This document shows positions 45,655-55,474 of a stretch of 64,000 bases of DNA, piece by piece. Position 1 is the stretch's first letter; the number at the start of each line of letters is the position of its first letter. The position numbers were made by a program, and so were the translations under genes. The notes below the pieces were generated by a model that ran no database searches, was not told the origin of the DNA, and saw only the letters and a list, made by a program, of their open reading frames with translations. Source of the DNA: a virus. Lineage: Duplodnaviria > Heunggongvirae > Uroviricota > Caudoviricetes. The stretch lies in IMG/VR virus record IMGVR_UViG_3300009180_002437. One strand, given 5' to 3'.

Positions 45655-46562
45655 AGAGTCTTGTTATAGGTATGGGCATCGGCCAGTTATATCTTCATGT
45701 ATTAGTTGAGTTAGGTCACGAAGTTGTTACTGTTGATAGTGATGCTGCTAAATCAGCCGATTATACTAACGTAAAATCAGCATTACAGGAACACGCATAT
45801 TTTGATACAGTAAACATTTGTACTCCTAACTTTACTCATTTGGAGATAGCAAGGGCTGTAGCTAAACATGCCAGGATCGTGTTCATTGAAAAACCAGGGT
45901 TAGAAACTTCAGCACAATGGAAACATCTATGTAATGAGTTTCCCGACACACGTTTTATGATGGTTAAGAATAATCAATATCGTGATAATATTAATGTATT
46001 AGCACAACTAGCACATAAGGCAACGATTATTAATCTAACATGGAACAACAACGATCGTGTTCCTAACCCTGGCACTTGGTTTACCACGTATGATTTATCG
46101 TTTGGTGGAGTAAGTAGAGATTTAATTCCACACTTATTAAGTTTATTCCAATCGCTGTCAGGCTTTACTCATGATCAAGCTAAACTAGATTACGAAACAG
46201 TGGATCAACGTTGGCAATTAAAAGACTTAATCAAAACTGACTATGGCATTGTAAATCCTAATGGAGTATATGATGTCGAAGATCATATAGAATTGCATTT
46301 TAATGACGCACAAGGCCGTAAGTGGTTTATTGAAAGTGACTGGCGTACACTAAATGGTGACGATCGCAGTATTCTAATGATATTTGCGGATGGGTCTCGT
46401 TATTATTATGAATTAGGCTTGTGTCCTGAAGATGCGTATAAGCGTATGATTGATACTGCTGTTAAAATGACGGACGTCGACGCATACTGGCAACATCAAT
46501 ATGAGTTGGATATGTGGATACATAAAACAATTGAATCGCTTGATTTAGTGGGGGCAACATGA
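45651..46562 (+). CDS. Gfo/Idh/MocA-family NAD(P)-dependent oxidoreductase
   Basis: Rossmann N-terminus MKSLVIGMGIGQ plus ICTPNFTHLEIARAVAKHARIVFIEKP (the family EKP motif). Confidence 0.55.
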   Translation: MKSLVIGMGIGQLYLHVLVELGHEVVTVDSDAAKSADYTNVKSALQEHAYFDTVNICTPNFTHLEIARAVAKHARIVFIEKPGLETSAQWKHLCNEFPDTRFMMVKNNQYRDNINVLAQLAHKATIINLTWNNNDRVPNPGTWFTTYDLSFGGVSRDLIPHLLSLFQSLSGFTHDQAKLDYETVDQRWQLKDLIKTDYGIVNPNGVYDVEDHIELHFNDAQGRKWFIESDWRTLNGDDRSILMIFADGSRYYYELGLCPEDAYKRMIDTAVKMTDVDAYWQHQYELDMWIHKTIESLDLVGAT

Positions 46563-47464
46563 GAACAAGAATTTTATATACAGATGGGAAGGGTAAGTTT
46601 ACGGAAACAGGTTGGAATAAACCCGATCCCACCGCAGATGAGATTGAAGTCAAAGCCGTTATGACCGGAGTATGCCGCAGCGACATTGACATGATGACTG
46701 GGGGCTTTGGTCCATTACCCTTGGAAATGAGTGGGCACGAAGGTCTGGGCAAGGTTACTCGTGTTGGGGCAAATGTACTGGACGTACGGGTAGGCGACCT
46801 AGTCTCCACTCGCGGCGAGCCAGCATATTCCGACTACTACAATGTTCGGCAGGGAGAGTATGTATCGGTACCCGAGGCACATCCTCGATACATTATTGAG
46901 CCAGTGGCCTGTGGGTATAACCTCATCATGCAGACATATGACGAACTGCTGGCACGACATGGCGATGGCAGTCGATTGTTAATCCTGGGCAGTGGATTTT
47001 TGGCTTGGGTAGCATATAACTCATTAATCATAGAAGGATTGCGATTTGAGGTAGATGTTGTGGGCAGTAGCAACACCGCAATATGGAAAGATCGATTACA
47101 GGATAAACCCGTAGGGCAGTACGATGTTGTTATTGACCTAAGTGATAAGACTACTGTATTTGATAGCGATATATTGAATCTTGGTGCATTAGTAGTCATG
47201 GGCACACAGAAACAAGTCACAACTGATTTTAGTCAACTGCTATGGAAAGCATGTACCATGGTATTTCCCAGTCCCCGCAATCCGAGATTCCATTTAGTCA
47301 TGGCTCGTGCGGAGTTTTGGGTAAGTAAAGGTAACTTAGATGTTGACTACTTCTGGACGCAAGCGTATACTAGAGATAGTGAGTGGCAACAGGCTTTTGA
47401 CGATGGCTTAAATCGTCCCAAAAATTATAGCCGTGGTTATATTGTATGGCAGGATAACAAATGA
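46559..47464 (+). CDS. zinc-binding MDR (alcohol/threonine dehydrogenase-like) oxidoreductase
   Basis: GVCRSDIDMM ... SGHEGLGKV (GHE motif) plus a downstream Rossmann GSGFLAW. Confidence 0.55.
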   Translation: MRTRILYTDGKGKFTETGWNKPDPTADEIEVKAVMTGVCRSDIDMMTGGFGPLPLEMSGHEGLGKVTRVGANVLDVRVGDLVSTRGEPAYSDYYNVRQGEYVSVPEAHPRYIIEPVACGYNLIMQTYDELLARHGDGSRLLILGSGFLAWVAYNSLIIEGLRFEVDVVGSSNTAIWKDRLQDKPVGQYDVVIDLSDKTTVFDSDILNLGALVVMGTQKQVTTDFSQLLWKACTMVFPSPRNPRFHLVMARAEFWVSKGNLDVDYFWTQAYTRDSEWQQAFDDGLNRPKNYSRGYIVWQDNK

Positions 47465-47919
47465 TTAATCAACAACGACAACAAGCATTAGCAGAAGAAG
47501 CTATCCGTATTATGTATAAAGCAGAACGTAAAGTATGGGTAACCTTTCGCAAAGAAGGTATTCACAAGTATCCCGCAGCAGCAACAGATCCCTTACTAGC
47601 AACAGGTGATGAATATGATGTGTCATTTCTAGCTAATGAGCATAGACATATTTTCCACTTCCGTGTTTGGATTGATGTATTTCATAACGATCGTGATATT
47701 GAGTTTATTCAGTTTAAACGATGGTTAGAAAATCTTTACAAAGATGGTATTCTATCATTAGATTATAAATCATGCGAAATGATCGCAGATGATTTATATA
47801 TTAACATTTCTGCACGTTATCCTAAACGTGCGGTGTGGATTGAGGTCTCCGAAGATGGTGAGAACGGATGCCTCATTAAATACGAACTTTCTCGCCCTTC
47901 ACAAACAGTATTAATTTAA
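47461..47919 (+). CDS. hypothetical protein; possibly a second T-fold (PTPS/QueD-like) protein
   Basis: ANEHRHIFHFRVWIDV...EFIQFKRWLENL loosely parallels the QueD blocks CxxxHGHSF.V.LEI ... DFAELK. Confidence 0.25.
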   Translation: MINQQRQQALAEEAIRIMYKAERKVWVTFRKEGIHKYPAAATDPLLATGDEYDVSFLANEHRHIFHFRVWIDVFHNDRDIEFIQFKRWLENLYKDGILSLDYKSCEMIADDLYINISARYPKRAVWIEVSEDGENGCLIKYELSRPSQTVLI

Positions 47920-47929
47920 AGGAATTAAA

Positions 47930-48151
47930 ATGGCAAAGTTGTCTTTCAAGCCTAACGAACGTGCAAATCAAACTCTAGACGATCTCGAGAAGTTTTTAGA
48001 ATTCTGTAGAGATTATGGGTATCGCTACAACGAGAACGATTTATATAATTTTAAAGCGTATGCTTGGCAACAATACAACAAATTTGTTCAGGGTAAAAAT
48101 GCCAAGAACATGTGGGCCGAAGATGCACGCAGATTTGGGAAAATAAATTGA
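47930..48151 (+). CDS. hypothetical protein
   Basis: A 73-aa ORF with Shine-Dalgarno site aaagga. Confidence 0.35.
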   Translation: MAKLSFKPNERANQTLDDLEKFLEFCRDYGYRYNENDLYNFKAYAWQQYNKFVQGKNAKNMWAEDARRFGKIN

Positions 48152-49203
48152 CAGTTTTTTTAGTTGATCTAGAAGCAGTCTCAACCCGGTATACCGGGCA
48201 GTGGAAGACTCATCTTCCACTGTTACTTGAAAAGGAAGGACATAATGTCCATATTATTGACGGACCTACTGATATCCCTAATGCTACAACTCCTGGTGCT
48301 TTTCTTAATTTTGGGGGCACCAACATTTACAAAGCTGCACAAGTTGAAGCTATGGGTAGACTCTTCACCCAGGGTGAAGTTAAGCCTGGCGATCATTTTA
48401 TCTTTACAGACGCTTGGCATCCTGGTATTATTAACCTTAGATACATGAGTGAGTTACTGAAAATTCCAGTAACTACACACGGTCTATGGCATGCAGGTAG
48501 CTATGATCCTGAAGATTTTCTAGGTCGGTTAATCGGCGATAAACCCTGGGTTAGGCATGCGGAAAAAAGTTTCTTTTTTGCGTTTGATCATAACTATTTT
48601 GCCACTGATTTTCATATCAAGATGTTTGCCAAGAACTTATTTGATGCAGTGGACAATGGTGCAAACCCTTACGTAACACGAACTGGGTGGCCCATGGAAT
48701 ATATGGATGAACTACTTACCCCATACAAGAATCTAAAGAAGCGTAATCTTGTATTATTTCCACATCGCATTGCCCAGGAAAAACAAGTGGAAATATTTCG
48801 GGATCTAGCATCTAAATTACCACAGTATGAATTCATTGTGTGTCAGGATCAAGAACTAACTAAACATGAATACCATACGTTATTAGGTGAAGCAAAAGTA
48901 GTATTCAGTGCTAACCTACAGGAAACACTGGGTATCAGTTGTTACGAGGGTGCAGTTGTTAATGCTATCCCCATGGTACCTGATAGACTTAGTTATAGAG
49001 AAATGTATTATGATGAATTTAGATATGATTCTACATTTACTCAAAATTATAAATTTTATGAAAAAAGCAGACCGTATCTAGCTAAAAAACTCATGTCATA
49101 CATGAGCAACTATGAATCATTGCTGCCTTTACTGGAACAACAAGCAGCCAAATTGTCCAAGGATTTCTTTTCGGCCGGTAATTTACTATTAAATATAAGA
49201 TGA
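48148..49203 (+). CDS. GT4-like glycosyltransferase
   Basis: C-terminal ETLGISCYEGAVVNAIPMV (E-x7-E-like GT-B motif). TTG at 48148 overlaps the upstream TGA, with GGGAAAA upstream. Confidence 0.45.
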   Translation: MTVFLVDLEAVSTRYTGQWKTHLPLLLEKEGHNVHIIDGPTDIPNATTPGAFLNFGGTNIYKAAQVEAMGRLFTQGEVKPGDHFIFTDAWHPGIINLRYMSELLKIPVTTHGLWHAGSYDPEDFLGRLIGDKPWVRHAEKSFFFAFDHNYFATDFHIKMFAKNLFDAVDNGANPYVTRTGWPMEYMDELLTPYKNLKKRNLVLFPHRIAQEKQVEIFRDLASKLPQYEFIVCQDQELTKHEYHTLLGEAKVVFSANLQETLGISCYEGAVVNAIPMVPDRLSYREMYYDEFRYDSTFTQNYKFYEKSRPYLAKKLMSYMSNYESLLPLLEQQAAKLSKDFFSAGNLLLNIR

Positions 49204-49910
49204 AAATTTTAGTATGTGGTGCCTCAGTAGTAATGCCTGACCTGTCAGCCTCATGGACTCAACGCACTTGGGTACATTATTTACAACAAAAATTAAACTG
49301 TGAGATCGTAAATATAGCACGAGCAGGATGTGGAAACCAGTATATTCACGATGCAGTAATCGCAGAGGTTACTGAAAGGCCATATGATTTAGTTTTAGTA
49401 TCTTGGAATATTGCAAATCGAGTAGAATTTAGAACTCATCAAAAACTACCAATAACAGACTGGATTAGAAAAGGAAAAAATACTAATCCACACACCGAAT
49501 ATATGCAGTCAGAATGGATATGGCCACATACTGCTGACAATATAATGCCTTCTGAAGAAGCGGCGGAAAATAAAAATGAATTATTCCGACGTCGATTTCT
49601 CACTATTCCAACCTATGAAATCAATCATCAGATAATGTTAACCCAAGCATTGTCACTTCAGTCTACACTTAAATCCTACGGTATACCATATACCTTTGTC
49701 TGGTACCGAACGCTGTTACGGCTCAAACAGTTTAAAAATTATTACAATAAAATTGACTGGAATTTCGTGCATCCTGATAGTCTTTTTAGACAGGCCAAAA
49801 ACAAGAAGATGTGGGATGACAAATCTCTACATCCTACTGATGAAGCGTATAGATGGTATGCCGATGAGATGTACAAGTTCCTTAATGACAGGAATCTAAT
49901 AAAGCCCTAG
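49200..49910 (+). CDS. SGNH/GDSL-like hydrolase (block V DxxH present; block I is a GAS variant)
   Basis: ILVCGASVV and DKSLHPTDEAYRWYA. Confidence 0.4.
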   Translation: MKILVCGASVVMPDLSASWTQRTWVHYLQQKLNCEIVNIARAGCGNQYIHDAVIAEVTERPYDLVLVSWNIANRVEFRTHQKLPITDWIRKGKNTNPHTEYMQSEWIWPHTADNIMPSEEAAENKNELFRRRFLTIPTYEINHQIMLTQALSLQSTLKSYGIPYTFVWYRTLLRLKQFKNYYNKIDWNFVHPDSLFRQAKNKKMWDDKSLHPTDEAYRWYADEMYKFLNDRNLIKP

Positions 49911-50961
49911 ATATTTTTCCTGCTGGGCTAAGTGGAATACTATCAACACACTTGAGTACTGCTGGTTTGCAATGTTTACCAAGGCTGATCAAAAAGTTCT
50001 TGATAGTATCTTCATCGCATGTACCTACATATAGACACTTAACATGATCTGTACCAAATACCACACATTCCTGCATACCCGGAATGTTCTGTAGTAACTG
50101 TCGTTCGATACTCACAGGATTAATTTTAGAACCCTTGACGTTAATTTGATCACGACTACGACCCAGTATACGATAGTAACCCATTTCATCTTGGTCAGCT
50201 AGGTCTCCTGTATCGTACCAATCACCATGACAAATATTAAAACCCTTGATCATCAAATGACCATTTTCAATTTTAGCTTCTATGCCATCAGGCAATCCTA
50301 CTGTGCCAACTCGTTGTGGGCCGGCAAGTGGATTAGTGAAACAGTGACTCATTGCTTCTGTCATACCAAACGCTTCTACTATAGGAACATTAAACTTTGC
50401 GCTTAATTTGTGATATAAATCGTGTGACATAGGAGCACTGGCAGAACGTATAAATCTTAAATTGTCAAAATTTAATTCAGCAATAACTCTTAGTACATCA
50501 GGAATGGCAGTTATAAAAGTTGGCTTAGTAGAGGGAAAGGTTTTAATGTCTTTCATAGTAACGTAGGTAGTTTCGCATCCTGCTAATTGCGCCGCCCAGT
50601 AAAAACCCTGCCCATGCGCATGCCATAAGCTCATGATGCTGGTATATCTATCGTTAGCTGTCAAGTTGTATGATCTAACAATAGTAGCAGCCATGTTGTT
50701 TAGATGTGCTTGTGTAAAGCTACAAAACTTACTATCTCCTGTGGTGCCTGATGTATACCAAAGTACTCTTTCGTTAGGATAGTCATTACCATTTCTAACT
50801 TTTTCTTGATCTCGAGTGATGTATAAACTCCAGTCGGAATTTTCCAATAGGTATCGGTTCCTAGCCTCAGGGGCATTAGGATTTATGATCATTATCGAAT
50901 GATCTTTTAACTGGGGAATAAAATCTTGTGGATTGTCCACACATAAGACGGCACGTTTCAT
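49882..50961 (-). CDS. adenylate-forming enzyme (acyl/aryl-AMP ligase, DltA-sized)
   Basis: AMP-binding motif WYTSGTTGDSKF, plus YDTGDLA and RSRDQINVKGSKI. The likely start is MKRAVLCVD at 50961; the ORF-track start 50997 lies upstream. Confidence 0.65.
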   Translation of the reverse strand: MKRAVLCVDNPQDFIPQLKDHSIMIINPNAPEARNRYLLENSDWSLYITRDQEKVRNGNDYPNERVLWYTSGTTGDSKFCSFTQAHLNNMAATIVRSYNLTANDRYTSIMSLWHAHGQGFYWAAQLAGCETTYVTMKDIKTFPSTKPTFITAIPDVLRVIAELNFDNLRFIRSASAPMSHDLYHKLSAKFNVPIVEAFGMTEAMSHCFTNPLAGPQRVGTVGLPDGIEAKIENGHLMIKGFNICHGDWYDTGDLADQDEMGYYRILGRSRDQINVKGSKINPVSIERQLLQNIPGMQECVVFGTDHVKCLYVGTCDEDTIKNFLISLGKHCKPAVLKCVDSIPLSPAGKISRALLDSCH

Positions 50962-50968
50962 GCAGATA

Positions 50969-50997
50969 TTTATATAGCCATAATGGTAGCGTATCAA
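50969..50997 (-). promoter_or_regulatory. sigma70-type promoter on the minus strand (TTGATA-17-TATAAA)
   Basis: Read as the reverse complement of 50969-50997. It diverges from the plus-strand promoter. Confidence 0.45.
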
Positions 50998-51046
50998 TTT
51001 ATGGTTAAGTTATAATAGTGAATGACAAATGAAATTACCATAAACT

Positions 51047-51075
51047 TTGACTCAGGCCTAAATAGTCTATATAAT
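51047..51075 (+). promoter_or_regulatory. sigma70 promoter TTGACT-17-TATAAT
   Basis: TTGACT at 51047-51052 and TATAAT at 51070-51075. Shine-Dalgarno site aaggaag before the ATG at 51095. Confidence 0.6.
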
Positions 51076-51094
51076 ATAACAACAAGGAAGCAAT

Positions 51095-51493
51095 ATGCCA
51101 TTTTTAAATGAAATGTTTACGCAAAGATCATCTACTCCCGAAGAGTATGATCGACTCTATGAATCTGACAACCTATATGTTGCTTGGGCCAACTCAAGAG
51201 AAGATAAAAAAATAGCGGTATTTGCCGACGCCATAGATCCCGAGAGTTACACTTGGCGACAGTCATTAGTGGGTGAGGCAAAAAGTAAATCTAAACTTCA
51301 AAATGATACTACTGACGGTCCGGTACAGGGACATATCTTCAGTGTCAGCAAAGAGCAAATGGATCTATTTGAAAAGGTAGCACTTATGCCTTCCATGAAG
51401 TATGGCTATAGATTTGAGAAATACGATATCAATGATCTCAAAGAAAAAGAGAAGCAAGAGATGGTAGATATACTTAAACAGGAAGATGAATAA
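51095..51493 (+). CDS. hypothetical protein
   Basis: A 132-aa ORF. Confidence 0.4.
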   Translation: MPFLNEMFTQRSSTPEEYDRLYESDNLYVAWANSREDKKIAVFADAIDPESYTWRQSLVGEAKSKSKLQNDTTDGPVQGHIFSVSKEQMDLFEKVALMPSMKYGYRFEKYDINDLKEKEKQEMVDILKQEDE

Positions 51494-52186
51494 ATGGCGG
51501 GATACTTAGGTGACAGCATTCGTCGCAGAATGCAAGCAGATGGTAAGAGATTTTGGGCCGGCGACAACATCAGTGACTACGTTACTGAAGAAGATAAAAG
51601 GATTCTAATTAACGAAGCCACAGAGGCGTTCGAAACTGTACTAGAAAGTCTATTGATCGACATTGACGCTGATCCCAATAGTCAAGGCACAGCGCATAGA
51701 TTGGCCAAAATGTATTTTAACGAAATTATGGCAGGCAGATATGAGCCTGCCCCAGATTGTACAGCGTTTCCAAATGATTCGGAGAATAGATATGAAGGTA
51801 TGTTGGTCGTGCGCAGTGAGTTGCGTAGTATGTGCAGTCACCACCATCAGCCTGTTACTGGTGTTGCCTACATTGGAATCCTTGCCGCAAATAAACTTAT
51901 CGGGCTATCTAAGTATACTAGGATTGCTCAGTGGTGTGCTCGCCGTGGTACTCTGCAGGAAGAGCTCTGTAACGACATCGCCCGAGAAATAATGCGAGCA
52001 ACCGACAGTGAGGATGTGGGTGTTTATATTCAAGCCATACACGGCTGCTGCGAAAATCGCGGAATTATGGCACACAGTAGTTTAACACAGACTACAGTAT
52101 TGAAAGGTGCGTTCAAGGAACACATGGATACAAAGAAGGAATTCTTTGATAATATTAAACTACAACAAGACTTTGCCCCACGATAG
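51494..52186 (+). CDS. folE: GTP cyclohydrolase I
   Basis: MCSHHHQPVTGVAYIGI...GLSKYTRIAQWCARRGTLQEEL aligns with the FolE CEHH/GLSK/R-QE active-site block. Confidence 0.75.
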   Translation: MAGYLGDSIRRRMQADGKRFWAGDNISDYVTEEDKRILINEATEAFETVLESLLIDIDADPNSQGTAHRLAKMYFNEIMAGRYEPAPDCTAFPNDSENRYEGMLVVRSELRSMCSHHHQPVTGVAYIGILAANKLIGLSKYTRIAQWCARRGTLQEELCNDIAREIMRATDSEDVGVYIQAIHGCCENRGIMAHSSLTQTTVLKGAFKEHMDTKKEFFDNIKLQQDFAPR

Positions 52187-52195
52187 GAGATCATA

Positions 52196-52423
52196 ATGGC
52201 AACTAAAACGTTTTTACCAACAACTGAAATCAGCGAAATCAAACACAAACTAGAAAAAGTAAACGAAAACTTTACTGTCTACATGTATGACAACGGATTT
52301 ATGTTTGAAATTGCAGGACGAAACCGTGCTGGCGATTATAAAACTGTTAAAATTCTTTGTCAAAATATGGATCAATTGGTATCCTTGGTACAGCAAGCTG
52401 CTGATATGGAAAAAGATGATTGA
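52196..52423 (+). CDS. hypothetical protein
   Basis: A 75-aa ORF with Shine-Dalgarno site aggag. Confidence 0.4.
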   Translation: MATKTFLPTTEISEIKHKLEKVNENFTVYMYDNGFMFEIAGRNRAGDYKTVKILCQNMDQLVSLVQQAADMEKDD

Positions 52424-52772
52424 TCATGTTAAAGTAGGCGGCCCGTGGATAGAAATTACAACTTCTGGCGGTACTATACCATATGTTCCATCCGGCCCTA
52501 ACCCCATGCAGGGTGCAGTTAGAGTTATAAATGGACAACAAGAAGTTTGGAATGGCACCACTTGGATGGCCATGTACGGTAATAGTGCAACAATTAATTT
52601 AACTAAACATGCAGAAGCAATAATGGCATGGGCCGACAAGAAAATGACACAAGAACATAGGGCAGAAGAATTGGCCAAAACTAAACCTGCAGTAGCAGAT
52701 GCCCTTGCTGCGGCTAAACACGCACAAGAGCAACTTAATATTATATTACTATTAACAGAGGAAAATAAATGA
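52416..52772 (+). CDS. hypothetical protein
   Basis: The frame opens at 52287; the ATG at 52416 overlaps the upstream stop. Confidence 0.35.
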   Translation: MIDHVKVGGPWIEITTSGGTIPYVPSGPNPMQGAVRVINGQQEVWNGTTWMAMYGNSATINLTKHAEAIMAWADKKMTQEHRAEELAKTKPAVADALAAAKHAQEQLNIILLLTEENK

Positions 52773-52918
52773 CACCAATGGTTAAAAACTTTGCCAAGTG
52801 CGGATGTGGTCGTACCAGAGACCTAGAAGGCTATTGCGATAGTAGCCACGCACTATCAGAAGAGGAATATGCAGAACTGCAGAAAAATGAAGATATTGAT
52901 TGGGGAGATGAAGAATGA
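52769..52918 (+). CDS. 49-aa Cys-rich mini-protein with a CDGSH-like motif (absent from the ORF track)
   Basis: ATGACACCAATGG... encodes MTPMVKNFAKCGCGRTRDLEGYCDSSHALSEEEYAELQKNEDIDWGDEE. The CxC...CDSSH motif resembles a CDGSH iron-sulfur domain. ATGA coupling at both ends. Confidence 0.35.
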   Translation: MTPMVKNFAKCGCGRTRDLEGYCDSSHALSEEEYAELQKNEDIDWGDEE

Positions 52919-53223
52919 AATGGTTTAAACGAAAGATACTACAATGGTTGCAGGAAGCGCAAATGGAACAGTTAAATGATGAACCGTTAAATTCTCGCTT
53001 GGTCGACATGGATTCTGTTGAGGATGACAGCGGGCATAAAATTGACATGGGTAAATCAGTTAGATTTTCCGTGCTACCCGCAAGAGGTGGATGTGTAATC
53101 GAAATTAAATCCTGGAACCAAAAAGACCACGAATGGGATATTGTAGCACATATTATTCCTGAAGGTGAAGATATCGCTCATCGTGTTGGCCAATTGGTAT
53201 CTATGGAATTTTTACGTCGATGA
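52915..53223 (+). CDS. hypothetical protein
   Basis: A 102-aa ORF. Confidence 0.35.
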   Translation: MKWFKRKILQWLQEAQMEQLNDEPLNSRLVDMDSVEDDSGHKIDMGKSVRFSVLPARGGCVIEIKSWNQKDHEWDIVAHIIPEGEDIAHRVGQLVSMEFLRR

Positions 53224-53558
53224 CTTTGTACGCCGTTAATCCTGTACTGACAAATAGTGGTAGTGGGTATACAAATAATACTACTATCAATGTTGGTCCC
53301 GTCAGTCCAGCGTTGGGTCAAATACGATACAATACTACCATTAGCTCATTTGAACTGTATGATGGTACTTATTGGCAACCTGCGTTAGCTACCGCAACCG
53401 CAATTGAGGATTTCCTTGAACAAGCTAAGACAAGCGTTACAGAACATATCAATAACGAACACGCAGGTAATGTGACTATTAATGACGCATTGGCGACATG
53501 GTTGGAAGCATGTGATAAGTTTAAAGTTATCATTGCAATTGCAGGTAAAAGTAAATAA
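53220..53558 (+). CDS. hypothetical protein
   Basis: A 112-aa ORF. Confidence 0.35.
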   Translation: MTLYAVNPVLTNSGSGYTNNTTINVGPVSPALGQIRYNTTISSFELYDGTYWQPALATATAIEDFLEQAKTSVTEHINNEHAGNVTINDALATWLEACDKFKVIIAIAGKSK

Positions 53559-53591
53559 TGCAGCAAAGCGGCCTTTTGGCATCACCCCCGC

Positions 53592-53620
53592 TATACAAAC
53601 TCTGCTGCCTATGCTATAAT
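53592..53620 (+). promoter_or_regulatory. sigma70-type promoter (TATACA-17-TATAAT)
   Basis: TATAAT at 53615-53620. Shine-Dalgarno site aggag before 53640. Confidence 0.4.
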
Positions 53621-53639
53621 ATATCATAGGAGATCAATA

Positions 53640-54284
53640 ATGGCAAATAACCCCCACCAGCAAGCACTAAGTGATTACTTCGATGCTCGCATCAATCATT
53701 ATCATCACACAAAATCTGGTAACACAGTAGGGCCAGTCTTGCAAAAAAGTCTAGCAGATAACGTAGAGCAGGCATTGAGTAGCGTGCCATCAACTGTGCA
53801 ATACAAGTACACCAGTACAAAAGAATATCACGACGCTTTTCCCTGCGCCTACAGACAGTGGCGAGCAGATAGCCACTGTAATTTAATACATGGCTACAGC
53901 TTTAGTATGAAGTTTTACTTTGGCACCAACGACCTGGATGTACGCAACTGGGCAGCAGACTACGGTGGACTCAAAGAGCTAAAAGACACACTAGAAGATC
54001 AGTTTGATCATACATTGCTAGTAGCAGAAGATGATCCAGAACTGGAGACATTTAAACTGCTGCAATCTAAGAACATGGCCAAGCTGACTATTTTGCCACG
54101 TTTAGGTTGTGAAGGATTAGCTGACATGCTGTACCGGTATGTTAATGGCGTTTATATTCCTGACATGTGGGGAACGGCAGAAGCAGATAGACTTTGGTGC
54201 TATCGTGTAGAAGTACGCGAAACACAAAGCAATATGGCTTACAGAGAAGGACATAGAGAATGGCATGAGGATTTATTAATATGA
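53640..54284 (+). CDS. queD: QueD-like 6-carboxytetrahydropterin synthase (PTPS/T-fold) with an N-terminal extension
   Basis: SHCNLIHGYSFSMKFYFG and DYGGLKELKDTLEDQFDHTLL parallel the QueD blocks KCGRLHGHSF.V.LEI and DFAELK...LDHHYL. The second zinc His of HGH is replaced by Tyr. Confidence 0.5.
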   Translation: MANNPHQQALSDYFDARINHYHHTKSGNTVGPVLQKSLADNVEQALSSVPSTVQYKYTSTKEYHDAFPCAYRQWRADSHCNLIHGYSFSMKFYFGTNDLDVRNWAADYGGLKELKDTLEDQFDHTLLVAEDDPELETFKLLQSKNMAKLTILPRLGCEGLADMLYRYVNGVYIPDMWGTAEADRLWCYRVEVRETQSNMAYREGHREWHEDLLI

Positions 54285-54589
54285 GTTCCAAAGAATATGA
54301 CGAAACCCTACAACTCGATCGTAGGGTAATGGAAGCTCTGGGCATACTGCAAGAGGAGTGTGCTGAGGTTATAGTTGAAGTTAGTAAATGTCGGAGATTT
54401 GGAATCGACAGTGAACATTATACTACCAAAGAACTGCACAAAGATATGCTAGCACAGGAGATCGGCGATGTAATGTGCATGGTGGATATATTGGTTGAGC
54501 AGGGTGTAATTGATAGAGCTGAACTGATTCTGGCCAGGGAACGTAAAAGAGAAAAACTTAAACGATGGTCCAAGATCTTTGAAGATTAG
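54281..54589 (+). CDS. MazG-like nucleoside triphosphate pyrophosphohydrolase
   Basis: All-alpha EE..E...GD pattern: LQEECAEVIVEV ... AQEIGDVMCMVDIL. Confidence 0.5.
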   Translation: MSSKEYDETLQLDRRVMEALGILQEECAEVIVEVSKCRRFGIDSEHYTTKELHKDMLAQEIGDVMCMVDILVEQGVIDRAELILARERKREKLKRWSKIFED

Positions 54590-54646
54590 AAAATTGTTAA
54601 GTGCATATATTAAACAGTAAATAGTTCAATTACAGAAAGGATATCA

Positions 54647-55474
54647 ATGGCCAAGTCCACAAATGAATATAAAATAGCAGTATTATTACCCACCAGAGGT
54701 AGAACTACAGCACTAAAGCTCAGTATTATTAGTATTTTTAACCGTGTACTTGACCTAGATGGAGTCCAACTATTACTGGGATTCGATAATGATGACGAAG
54801 TTGGGTTAGGTTATTTCTCCACAGATATTCAACCCTGGATGGAAGAAAAAGGAATCAACTATACGGTAATGGTTTTTGAACCCATGGGATATAACGGTCT
54901 AAATCGTTACTACAATGGGCTGGCGGCGCAGGCAACCGCCGATTGGCTATTTGTATGGAATGATGATGCACTCATGGAGACAACAGGCTGGGACAAAGTT
55001 GTAACCAGCCATACTGGCGAGTTCAAACTACTTAAAATTCACGTACATCGTGAACATCCGTATTCCATCTTCCCCATCTATCCCAAGGAATGGTATGACT
55101 TATTTGGATTCGTGTCACGTCACCAAATGACCGATGCCGAACTTAGTCAAATTGCATATATGCTGGACATTATGGAAATTGTGGAAATTTATGCCACACA
55201 TGATAGACATGATTTAACTGGCAATAATAACGACACTACATATCAAAAACGTGATATGCTGGAAGGTAATCCTAATAATCCACTGGACTTTCATCATAAA
55301 TCATATGGAAATGGCAGACTAATGGACGCTGAACATATCTCTACGCATTTAGCCGCAAAAGGTGTAGATCTTACTTTTTGGCACAATGTTAAACTGGGAA
55401 AACAAGATCCCTGGGAAAAACTTAGGGCCAATGATATCAACAAACAAATGACACAAACACCGGTAAAGAGATAA
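54647..55474 (+). CDS. putative glycosyltransferase (GT-A-like, DD motif)
   Basis: KIAVLLPTRGR ... FVWNDDA. The call is weak. Confidence 0.3.
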   Translation: MAKSTNEYKIAVLLPTRGRTTALKLSIISIFNRVLDLDGVQLLLGFDNDDEVGLGYFSTDIQPWMEEKGINYTVMVFEPMGYNGLNRYYNGLAAQATADWLFVWNDDALMETTGWDKVVTSHTGEFKLLKIHVHREHPYSIFPIYPKEWYDLFGFVSRHQMTDAELSQIAYMLDIMEIVEIYATHDRHDLTGNNNDTTYQKRDMLEGNPNNPLDFHHKSYGNGRLMDAEHISTHLAAKGVDLTFWHNVKLGKQDPWEKLRANDINKQMTQTPVKR

